Origin: Malacoraja senta | Lineage: Eukaryota | Length of the DNA stretch: 60,000 nt | Direction: 5' to 3' | Assembly (NCBI GenBank): GCA_038087875.1 | Contig: CM075997.1 | Coordinates: 5,644,001-5,704,000, forward strand | Part shown: in pieces, positions 49,286 to 60,000 of the stretch | Layout: each line of letters begins with the position of its first letter | Position numbering within the stretch: position 1 is the first letter of the stretch | Program-made: the position numbers and the translations under genes | The notes under the pieces: model-generated | Told to the model about the DNA's origin: nothing | Database searches by the model: none | The model's input: only the letters and a program-made list of their open reading frames with translations

Positions 49286-50930
49286 ACCAGAGGAAAGTAA
49301 CTGGCAGCCAGTGGGGAAAGCACAGGATCTGCCCACACCCATTAATTAGGCGGGTTCATGAGCCGGTGAAACCCGGGTCAGCACGTCCTGGGCTGCACAA
49401 AGTAGCAAACTTGGCTGGGCCGCCAGAGGTAAACTTGCGGGGAGGGCAGGAGCGTTGAGAAGGTGGGGGTCGGAGATCATGGCAGCAACTCACTCGCCGG
49501 GCGCGGAGCCACCGCAATGTGGCCGGGGTGGGAAGTAGCTCGGGTGGCTGCGAGCGGTCGCCGGGACCGGACAGCGGAACCGGCCGCCACCTCAGGGCCT
49601 TCTGCTGGCCCGCCAGCCAGCCACGATGTCCTTCGAAACGGCACAGGCGCAACTGGTGTAGGTGGTGGTTGGTGAGTAGCTACTGGATGGAAGGCTGGCT
49701 GCTCCGTCTCGGGCTCTCTCTCCCCCCGTTATGTGATCTCCCTGAGCCAGGAAGTAGATAGCCCGCATATCCAGCTCCCCATCAAGTAATATTAAGCTAC
49801 CTATTATTGAGCACAAGAGGGCGCTGTTACTTTTTCTAAAAAAAATTCTAATTATCTTAATTAGTGTGCAACTTTTGGCACTGACGAGTTACGAATTCCT
49901 TCTTAATGATATTTTATCTAAATCTGTGCCAAATTTCAGGTAGATACTAGACATGGGTCACGAAAGTTAAATTCTAGACGCGTTTTCGATGCTCGGTCCA
50001 CGGCCTAATTGTATGCAGTTCTTTTTGCCCCGTTGCAGGATGAATGTGGAGACTTTGGTGAGGGCGCAGAAGAGGTTTACCAGAATGCTGCCTGGATTAG
50101 GGGTGATTAGCGAGAAGGAGAGCTTGCATAAACTTGAATTGTTTTGTTGAAGTTGCAGGGATCAATTGAAGCAGCTGGAAATATTTCTGATGCTGAGACT
50201 GATCTCGATGGACAAAGCCGCCCAAGGAACTTTTTGAAGATTTATTTGGGGTTTTGCGAGAGCTCGCAGATTAAATTGCACAAAGAATGCAGCTTGTTGA
50301 GCTTATAAATGCTTTTTAAGGGATGGGGGTTTTTGCGGAACCTGGTTGTCCTATGAATAACTAAGAACTGTCAATTTTCAGAATAGTGAGGTTGGATGGC
50401 ATGCTTTAGACAAATGTGTGTTGCATTGCTGTTTTGTTGTTCCCTTAAGCTCTAAATTTAAAGAAAGATGCCATGGCAAACAAAATTCCTATCAAAAATG
50501 AGAAACCTAATTTCCTTTTATATATAATAGAATATAATATAATATACTTGTCTATGAAGAGAAAGCACTCTGCAGAACCTTCTGGTTGTGTAGTTCTGCA
50601 TCTATGTGAATTTGGCAATTAATTTGTTATGGTTGTAAATATGGTCTAAATATGTCAGTTACCATGACATGGTCCATCTCCATTTAACAAAATGAAATGA
50701 ATGAGCTTCCATGATTAGCAATAAAACAGTTTAATGACGTAATATAGCTTTGTTGACAGTGCAGAGGCTTGGAAAATAGACAGTCAACCATGTGGTACCA
50801 TGTATTGTTCACAAAATCATTTAAGACGTTGAATAATATGTATTATTTTGTTTTGGTTTAGATTTCGTGCAGATTTGGTCAAAACATAAATATGAGAAAG
50901 CTGGCATACAGAGATGTCAGATATCCATGA

Positions 50931-51162
50931 TAGACGCAAAATGCTGGAGTAACTCAGCGGGTGAGGCAGCATCTCTGGAGAGAAGGAACGGGCAACGTTT
51001 CGGGTCGAGTCCCTTCTTCAGACTGATCAGTCTGAAGAAGGGTCTCGACCTGAAACATTGCCCATTCCTTCTCTCCAGAGATGCTGCCTCACCCATCTGA
51101 GTTACTCCAGCATTTTGTGTTGACCTTCGATTTAAACCAGCATCTGCAGTTCTTCCTTACTG
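50931..51162. mobile_element. Fold-back Penelope-terminus-derived element
   Basis: Palindrome centred on CAGACTGATCAGTCTG (no loop); 12-bp TSD AGATATCCATGA (50919-50930, 51163-51174). Confidence 0.9.
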
Positions 51163-53019
51163 AGATATCCATGACATTTTTTACAATGCAAATTTACAAA
51201 CAAGATATATTGCATTGTTGAATAAAATGTGACTGAAAAATAAGAATAGAAACATTTTGAGATGCTTTGTAGTAGATTTTTAAAATCCTAGTTGGGACAT
51301 AGAACTTGAAGGCTTTTAGCGCTGATAATGACACTTATTTCGCAATTACCTATGTAACGGCTTGAATTGTTTAATAAAGATAACAGAAACGTTGGGCTCC
51401 TTTTGCTTTCTATGGAACTAGTAATTTTGTAACCATATAAAAATGTTGGTTTGCACGTTCTATAGTTAACCAAGGAAAGTCAATTTCTAAATTTATAATC
51501 AAACTAAATCATGATTGGTCATTTCAAATATATAAAAAAAGGTTAAATATAAATCAAAATTTGATTATTAATGAATTGAAATTTATTGTATTCAGTTTCC
51601 AGCTTCGAAAGTGCTGTGGTTTCTTTGAAATTTGTTTTTGCACTTCTGAATATTTAGTGCCAAAAGCTGCAGTAGAAATGGGTGTCGATGATCTGAGCTT
51701 ATCCACGTGGGATGAAAAGAGCTGCAGCTGTTCAGTGATTCCTGTACGAATCAGCAATGGAAGGCCTTGAAGTATTTCAGGGATGTGATACTTGATCAGC
51801 ATGTGGGCCACTGCCATTTGTAACCCTTTCAAATGCTAATCAGTGTAGTTCAGTGTAGTAAAAAGGTGCTTTAGAATGTACTTTTTCTTTCCAGCTACCA
51901 GTCAATCCTCAGACTTAGGCAAGATCATATTGATTGAAAAGTGATGAGGTGTATCTATTTAATTGATTAAAAGTTCACCTGTGCTCATCAACATAATTTA
52001 TTCTTCAAAAAGGTGTTTAAAAAAAATGCCCCTTAATTTTTGATTTGACAGTATTTCCACCACTGTCAAATTTGCCTCATCTAAGCTAGTCCCATTAACC
52101 TGTGTTTGACCCATCAGCCTTCTAAACCTTTCCTATCCATGTACAAATGTCCAAATGTATTTTTTTTCTTTAAAATGTTTTGCAGAAGATTTTGTGTAAT
52201 TTATGTACCACCGGGTGGCACCAGCAATGGCTGCCTCGCCAACAGTCTGTCTGTCCCTTTCTTCTTCATTGTTTTTTTACTATGTGTTAAATGTATGTTT
52301 TTAGTGTTCTTTAACTTGTTTTACGTGGGGGGAGGGGGTTGGTGGAATCTTTTTCTAATCTCTTACCTTGACGGAGATGCGATTTTTTCTCCCCCCGTAT
52401 CGTATCTCTGTCCGCACTGCGGCCAAACATTGAGGAGTTGGCGGCCTTTGCTGGAGTCTGACTTCTAGAGCTCCACTGCGGGAGCCGGCAGGACTTTAAC
52501 ATCGTGGAGTCTGCGGTCTCTGGTCAGAGACTGACTTCGGGAACTCCAAGCCGCGGGACCTTCGACTGCCCCCACGCAGGAGCTTCGACCGCCCCCACGC
52601 AGGGGCTTCAATTAACATTTATTACATTACGGAATGGTAGCATTTTCATGGCTAGGATATAGTGGGAGTGAAATTTGGCTCCTGAGAGCTTATTGCTAAA
52701 CTGCTTAGAGCAATGGTTTCCATGAGAAAGGATGCTGTGACAAAAATTAAAAAATCTTCTATTTTCTGAGCTTGAAACAAACCCAGTTTCACTCAGACTT
52801 GAATTTATGATATTTAAACCCTTCATCTTTAGGTGCATAAGGAAAGCTCGATAAAGGGTAAAACCTTCCAGAAGAAGGCAAAGATGGCAAGGTTAGGGAA
52901 CCTTCAATGACCAATGATGTTGAAACAAAAAAAGGGAAAATGGTGGAGGAACAGTATCTGTAGCAGCAAATCAATGATATAGATGGCAAACAGTGGTGGC
53001 CTTAACACCAAACCCTGAG

Positions 53020-54669
53020 GCACATCACTAGTCACAGGCCTCCAATCTGAAAAACAGCCTTCCATGAAGCCAATTTTCTATCCATTCAGCCAAATTTTCT
53101 TGGATCTCATGCAATGTACCCTTCCAGAGTAGCCTTTCAGGAGGACCCTTGTCAAATTCCTTGCTGAAATCCTCATCAACCTTTTTGGCCACATCTTCAA
53201 AAAACACAATCATTTTCGTGAAACACGATCTCCCATGTACAAAATTGTGCTGACTATCCTTAATTGGCCTTTGTCCATCTAATTGCATGTACATTTTATA
53301 ATCTCTAGTAACTTTCCTGCTACAGATGTTAGGCTCACTGGCTAGTAGTTTACAGGCTTTGCGCTACAGCCCTTCTTCAATAGAGGCGCATTTGCCAGTC
53401 TCCAGTCTTCTGGCATTTTACCTGTATGTAATGACGACTGGTAAATCTCAGCCAGGGCACCTACAATTTTCCCTCTCATTTCCCTCAGTGTTGTCGGATA
53501 TATATATTCAAACCCGGGAGATTTGTCTACCTGGTACGCTTCAGGACCTTCAGCACCTCCTCGACCATAGTACTACTGACTGTTCATGTCTGTCTAAATG
53601 CCTATTAAATGTATCTGCTTCCACTACTTCCCCTGGCAGCATATTCTAGGCACCTAACACTCTGTTTCTAAAACAAAAAATCTTGCCTTGTATTTCACCT
53701 TTAAAATTCACCCACTCACTTTAAAACGATGCCTTCCTGTATTTGCATTTCCAACATAGACTCTGACTATGTAGTATATCTATGCCTCCTATAATGTTTA
53801 TATACTTCCATCAGGTCTCTCCTCAGCCTTTGACACCAGAGAAAACTATTCAAGTTTGTCCAACCTCTCCTTGTAGCTAATACTCTAACCCAGATAGCAT
53901 ACTGGTAAACTTCTTTTACACCCATTCCAAAGTCTCATCTTTCCCAGGGAGACCAGAACTACACATAATAATCTGCAATATGACAGTCATAGAGTATTAT
54001 AGTGTGGAAACAGGCCCTTCGGCCCAACTTACCCACACCGGCCAACATGTCTCATCTACTCATCCCATCTGCCTACGGTTGGCCCATATCCTTCTAAACT
54101 TGTCCTATCCATGTACGTGTCTAAATGTTTCTTGAACGTTGCGATAGTACCTGCCTCAACTACCTCCTCCCATAGTGATAGGAGCAAATTAGGCCATTCA
54201 GCCCATCAAGTCCACTGCCATTCAACCATGACTGATTTATCTTTCCCTCTTAACTCCATTCTCCTGTCTTCTCCCCATAACCCCTGACACCCGCACTAAT
54301 CAAGAATCTATCTCTCCTTTAAAAATATCTATTGACTTGACCTCTACAGACTTCTGCCTTTTATCTCTGCCTTAAAATGATCCATTGAAATGGCCTTTAT
54401 TTTTGGAGGCTATGACCCCTGGTCCTAGAAACTCCCACTATTGGAAACATCCTCTACACATCCACTCTATCCAGGCCTTTAATTATTTTGTAAGCTTCAA
54501 TGAGGTGCCCTCTCATCCTTCCAAACTGTATTAAGTAGTCCCAGCACCATCAAATGCTCATCATATGTTAACCCACTCATTCCTGGGATTATTCTCGTAA
54601 ACTTCCTCCAGACCCGCTCAAGCGCTAGCACATCCTTCCTCAGATATGGTGCCCAAAATTGCTCACAAT
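53020..54669 (-). mobile_element. Mosaic of degraded CR1 fragments
   Basis: ORF 53028-53294 (DSQHNFVHGRSCFTKMIVFFEDV) and several CR1 3' UTRs (53985, 54170). Confidence 0.75.
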
Positions 54670-55606
54670 AAGCGAGTTCGGTATTTCAACTGTGCGTGCC
54701 CAGGTCATAGGTCAATCGAGATAAACATTCTCGGCAGCTGAGCTGCTGTGTGTGCACAGACCTGCGTTTCATCCGTAGTCAGGATCGAACCCAGGTCTCT
54801 GGTGCTGCAAGCGCTGTTGAATCGCTACTGGACCGTCCTCATCCCATCCCGAGTGTCCCATCCCTGTCCGTGGGCGACCGGAGATGTCCGGGGTGACCCT
54901 GGACTGACGGAACACCGGCCCGGAGCAGTGGCGACCCCAGGCTTACAGCCAGTGCGGAGAAGAAGTGCTAACTCCAGCTCAGCCCTGCTCCAACTCCCGA
55001 GGAACCCGTTCCCCGACGGGCCGGGGACCATCAGCTGCACCTCTCACCTTATCCAGTGGCTGTCGGTTAACCCCCTCGGTGCCGGCGAAAGCCGAGCACC
55101 AGTCATCAACGGGGATACACACAATGCTGCAGTAACTCAGCGGGTCAGGCAAAATCTCTGGGGAAGGGTCTCGACCCAAAACGTCACATAGATACATAGA
55201 TACATAAAAAATAGGTGCAGGAGTAGGCCATTCTGCCCTTCGAGCCTGCACCACCATTCAATATGATCATGGCTGATCATCCAACTCAGTATCCCGTACC
55301 TGCCTTCTCTCCATACCCCCTGATCCCCTTAGCCACAAGGGCCACATCTAACTCCCTCTTAAATATAGCCAATGAACTGGCCTCAACTACCCTCTGTGGC
55401 AGAGAGTTCCAGAGATTCACCACTCTCTGTGTGAAAAAGTTTTTCCTCATCTCGGTCTTAAAGGATTTCCCCCTTATCCTTATCCCCCTTATCCTAATCC
55501 CCCTTATCCTATTTTTCTCCAAAGATGCTGCCTGTCCCGCTGAGTTACTCCTGCATTTTGAGTGTATCCACGTTGATGACTGTTTTTTGGAATTCCGAAC
55601 TTGCTT
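54670..55606. mobile_element. Non-autonomous TIR transposon with AT duplication (ISL2EU-like), containing nested Penelope-derived and CR1 pieces
   Basis: AT|AAGCGAGTTCGGTATT ... AATTCCGAACTTGCTT|AT. Removing it restores the CR1-type sequence GCTCACAATACTCCAAA. Confidence 0.82.
55187..55510 (-). mobile_element. Short young CR1 3' end
   Basis: Near-identical to 31158-31460; TATCTATG tail. Confidence 0.9.
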
Positions 55607-56879
55607 ATACTCCAAACATGGTCTGCTACATGCCTGTTACATCCCTGTTTTTGTATTCAAGTCCTCTCAAAATAAATGCTAGCATTGCATTTGCTTTCCT
55701 TACTACCGATTTGACTTCCAAATTAACTTTTTGGGAATCCTACACCAGCACTCCCAAGTCCCTTTGCAACTGTGATTTCTAAATTCTCTTCTCATTTAGA
55801 AAATAGTCTATGCCTTTATTCTTACTACCAAAATGCATGACTCCACACTATGCTGTATTCCTTCTGTCACTCTGTCTTTCCCAATCGGTCCAAATCTTTC
55901 TGCAGTCCCTGCCCTTCCACCTATCTTCATAACATCTGCAAACTTGACCACAAAGCCTTCAATCCCCTCATCCAAATCATTGATATACAACGTGAAGAGT
56001 AACGGCCCTTGCAAAACTCTGCTAGTCACTGGCAGCCAACCAGAAAAAGCCCTTATACAACTGCAACATGACCTCCTAATTTATATACTCAATACTCTGA
56101 TTGATGAAGGCCAATGTGCCAAAAGCCTTTTCGACCATGCTATCTACCTGTGTTTACACTTTCCATGAGCTACATACCTGTACTCCTAGATCCCTCTGCT
56201 CTACAACACTCCCCAGATTCCTACCGTTCATTCTGTAAGTCCTGCCCATGTTAGTGCTCACAAAATGCAACAGCTCACATTTCTTGGTATTGAATTCCAT
56301 CAATCATTCACCTCTCCCTGTAGCTCAGGCCCTGTGCCCTGTTGGGTCACATCCTAAAACAACTCAATTAGATTTGTGAGACACGATCTCCCACATACAA
56401 AATTATGTTGACTATCCCGAATCAGCCTTTGTCCATCTAAATGCATGTATATTCTATCCCTCAGAATACTCTCTCGTAATTTTCTGGCCACAGTTGTTAG
56501 GCTCACTGGCTTGTAGTTCGCTGCCTTTTCAAGATTATTCAAGAGAGTGTTAGACATAGCTCTTAGGGCTAACAGAATCGAGGGAAATGGGGAGAAAGCA
56601 GGAATGGGGTACAGCCATGATCATATTGAATGGTGGTGCTGGCTCGAAGGGCCGAATGGCCTACCCCTGCACCTATTTTCCATGTTTCTATGTTTCCCTG
56701 CAGCCCTTCTTGATTAGAGGCACGACATTTATAACCCTCCAGTCTACCGGCACCTCGCCTGTATTTAATGACGATTCGTAATTCTAGTACTCAATGTCCC
56801 AACCAATGAAGGCAAGCAGAACATATGCTGCTTTTACCATTCTATCTACTTGTGTTACTGCTTTCAGGGATCTATAGAC

Positions 56880-57600
56880 AACACTACTGTGCTTGGATGA
56901 ATCACCAGTGATGAAATGTCAGTGTTCATGAGAGAGATGGAACACTTTGTTGAATGGTTCTGGAAAAACCTCTTGCTTAACATCAACAAGACTAAGCAAT
57001 TGTTCACTTCAGAAAAGCGAAGTTGAGAGATCACACACCAATTTTTTTGGAGCAGTGGAGAGAATTAGCGCCTTCTAATTCCTGGGTGTTAAAGTCTTGG
57101 ATAACCTATGTTGGGCCCAGCACATAGATGCAATCATCAAAGAAGGCTCGCCAGCACCTTTACTTTCATTGACGTTTAAATAGTTTCATCATGTCTTTGA
57201 GTACTTAAACTTTGCAGATGTACTGCAAAAGGTATCCTGACCGGTTGATCCATGGCCTGGTGTGGCAATTGTAACACAAGAGGCTGCAGAGAGTCATGGC
57301 TTCGGTCCCGTCCATCACGACACAGCCTTTCCCTCCTTCAAAAGCAATTATACGAGCTGCTTCCTCAAGAAGGCAGCATCTATCGTCAAGGATTCCAACC
57401 AACCTATGCCCTGTTAGCATCAGGCAGAAGGTACAGAAGCCAGAAATCCCATATCATCAGGTTCTGAACAGCTATTTTCTTACATAAGTCTCTTGAACCA
57501 ACCTATACAACCCTGACACTACCTTGAGAAACGAACAGTACGGCCCACCTCTTGCACTACTATAGATGTGCTATATTTTCTAATTATGTTTTTGCACTAA
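56880..57600 (+). mobile_element. Degraded Rex1/Babar LINE fragment
   Basis: AACATCAACAAGACTAAG (NINKTK), TTCCTGGGTGT, and ATCAGGCAGAAGGTACAGAAGCC (SGRRYRS). Confidence 0.6.
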
Positions 57601-57609
57601 TGTCGAGGA

Positions 57610-59305
57610 AGGCAAGCTAGGTAATAATATAAAAGAGGATAGCAAGAGTATCTTCAGTTCTATAAAGAGTAAAAAAAGAGGCAAGAGTGGACGTTGGACT
57701 GCTGGAAAATAATGCAGGAGAAGTGATAATGGGGAATAAAGAAATGGCAGAGGAGTTGAATAACTTTTTTGCATCAGTCTTCACAGTGGAAAACACCAGC
57801 AACGTACCTGAAATTCAAGAGTGTCGGGGTGAAAGTTAGTGGAGTGGCTATTACTAGGGAGAAGGTGCTTAGGAAGCTGAAAGGGCTGAAGGTGGATACG
57901 TTACCTGGACCAGAAGGACTAGGGTTCTGAAAGAGCTGGCTTTAGAGATTGTGGAGGCATTGATAGTGATATTTCAAGAATCAGAGTCAGGATTGGTTCC
58001 TGATGATTGAAAAATTGCCAATATTACCCCGCTGCACAAGATGGGAGCAAAGCAGAATAGTGGGAACTATACACCAGTTGGTCTGACTTCGGTGGTTGGT
58101 AAGATTTTAGAGTCCATTTTAATTATAAAGGATGAGGTTATGGAGTCCTTAGAGGTTCACGATAAAATAGGCCGAAGTCTTTGTGAAGGGGAGGTCTTGC
58201 CTGACAAATTTGCTGGAATTCTTTGAAGAAGTAAATAGGGCAGACAAAGGAGAATCAGTAGATGTTGTATACCAAGATTTTCAGAAAGCATTTGATAAGG
58301 TGCCACATGGGGAAGATGAGAGCCCATGGTATCAAAGGGCAGATGGATATCAGGTCGGCTGGATGGCAGAAGGTAAAGAGTGGCAATTAAGGGGGCTTTG
58401 TCTGGTTGGCTGCCGGTGACGAGCGGAGTTCCGCACGGCTCGGTGCTGGGACCGTTGCTCTTCACATTGTATATTAATTATTTGGATGAGGGGATTGAAG
58501 GCTTTGTGGCCAAGTTTCCGGATGATAAGAAAATAGGTGAGGGGCAGGTCGTGTAGAGAAAGCAGAGACTCTGCAGAAGGACTTGGATAGGTTGGGAGAG
58601 TGGGCAGAGAAGTGGCAGATGGAATATAGTGTAGCAAAGTGTTGAGTCATGCATTTTGGTAGAAGGAATAAAGGCGTAGATTCTTTTCTAAATGGGGAGA
58701 GAATCCAGAAATTGGAGGTGCAAAGGGACTTGGGAGTGCTGGTGAGGGATTCCCAAAAACTTAATCTGCAAGTCAAATCAGTAGTAAAGAAAGCAAACGC
58801 AAAGCTAGCATTTATTTTGAGAGGGCTTGTATAAAACAGGAATGTAATGCTACGGCTCTAAGGCGCTGGTCAGGCCGCATTTGGAATATTGTGAACAATT
58901 TGTATACTTGTATACTCTGGAGTTTAGAAGGATGAGAGGGAATCTTATTGAAACATATAAGATTATTAAGGGTTTGGACATGTTAGAGGCAGGAAACATG
59001 TTCCCGATGTTGGGGGAGTCCAGAACCAGGGACCACAGTTTAAGAATAAGGGGTAAGCCATTTAGAACGGAGACGAGGAAACACTTTTTCAACACAGAGT
59101 TGTGAGTGTGGAATTCTCTGCCTCAGAGGGTGGTGGAGGCCGGTTCTCTGGATACTTTCAAGAGAGAGCTAGATAGGGCACTTAAAGATAGCGGAGTCAG
59201 GGGATATGGGGAGAAGGCAGGAACGGGGTACTGATTGGGGATGATCAGCCATGATCACATTGAATGGCTCGAAGGGCCAAATGGCCTACTCCTGCAACTA
59301 TTGTC
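57610..59305 (+). mobile_element. Degraded CR1 ORF2 (RT) and 3' end
   Basis: ORFs with SCLTNLLEFFEEV, DFQKAFDKVPH and EFRRMRGNLIETYKI; tail TATTGTCTAT. Confidence 0.9.
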
Positions 59306-59410
59306 TATTTCGGGCACCATATCTGAGGAAGGATGTGCTGGCTCTAGAGAGGGTTCAGAGGAGGTTTACAAGAATGATCCCAGGAATGAGTAGGTTAACA
59401 TATGATGAGC

Positions 59411-59536
59411 TGAAGAACGGTCTCGACCCGAAACACCCATTCCTTCTCTCCAGAGATGCTGGCTGTCCTGCTGTGTTACTCCAGCTTTTTGTGTCAATCT
59501 TCGGTTTAAACCAGCATCTGCAGTTCCTTCTTACAC
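59411..59536 (+). mobile_element. Penelope-terminus-derived short element inserted in a CR1 3' fragment (59310-59975)
   Basis: 14-bp TSD AACATATGATGAGC (59397-59410, 59537-59550); starts at the TGAAGAACGGTCTCGACCCGAAAC core. Confidence 0.88.
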
Positions 59537-60000
59537 AACATATGATGAGCGTTTGACGGCACTGGGCCTATATTTGCTGGAGTTTAGAAGAATGGGGGGA
59601 ACCTGATTGAAACCTACAGAGTAATGAAAAGCTTGGATAGAGTGGATGTGGAGAGGATGTTCCCAGTAGTGGGAGAGTCTAGGACTTGAGGTCATAGCCT
59701 CAGAATTAAAGGATGTGCTTTTAGGAAGGAGATGAGGAGGAATTTCTTTAGTCGGAGGATGGTGAATCTGTGGAATTCTTTGCCACAGAAGGCTGTTGAG
59801 GCAGTCAGTGGATATATTCAAGGCAGAAATAGATAGATTCTTGATTTGTACAGATGTCAGAGGTTGTCGGGAGAAGGCAGTAGAAAGGGGTTATGAGGGA
59901 GAGATAGATCAGCCATGATTGAATGGTGTAGTCTTGATGGACCGAATGGCCTAATTCTACTATCATTTATGAACATTACCTCGCACTTATTCAGATTAAA

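Larger units (their letters stand above)
15843..60000 (+). other. Intron 1 of the ryanodine receptor gene (extends past the window end)
   Basis: Consensus donor GTAAGT at 15843-15848. No exon-2-like peptide (DDEVVLQC...GFGNRLCFLE) was recognised downstream. Very large first introns are known for RYR2/RYR3. Confidence 0.75.

Noticed and set aside
52200..52610. GC-richer block ending in short tandem repeats (also 27280-27930 and 39560-40140)
   Set aside because: Probably repeat-derived, but no termini, TSD or coding motif could be defined.

Overview
Eukaryotic, repeat-dense vertebrate DNA. The repeat mix (CR1, Rex1/Babar, Penelope, Helitron, hAT, Harbinger) suggests a cartilaginous fish such as a skate or ray; this is inference. 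The only host gene seen is the 48-nt first coding exon of a ryanodine receptor (MAEGGEGEEEILFLRT, 15795-15842, +, followed by GTAAGT). It is preceded by a 35-bp GC-box tandem array and a ~440-bp polypyrimidine tract. No exon 2 was recognised, so 15843-60000 appears to be intron 1. Nearly all long ORFs are retroelement remnants or their antisense shadows. Main observations: (1) many short Penelope-terminus-derived insertions, several of them fold-back palindromes, with 10-14 bp TSDs and a minimal hammerhead-ribozyme-like core; (2) a non-autonomous TIR family with AAGC...GCTT ends and AT duplications (ISL2EU-like); (3) a Helitron with a duplicated 5' end; (4) a 125-bp inverted duplication spanning a transposon junction; (5) several nested insertions that order family activity. 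All calls were made by eye, and boundaries of degraded repeats are approximate.
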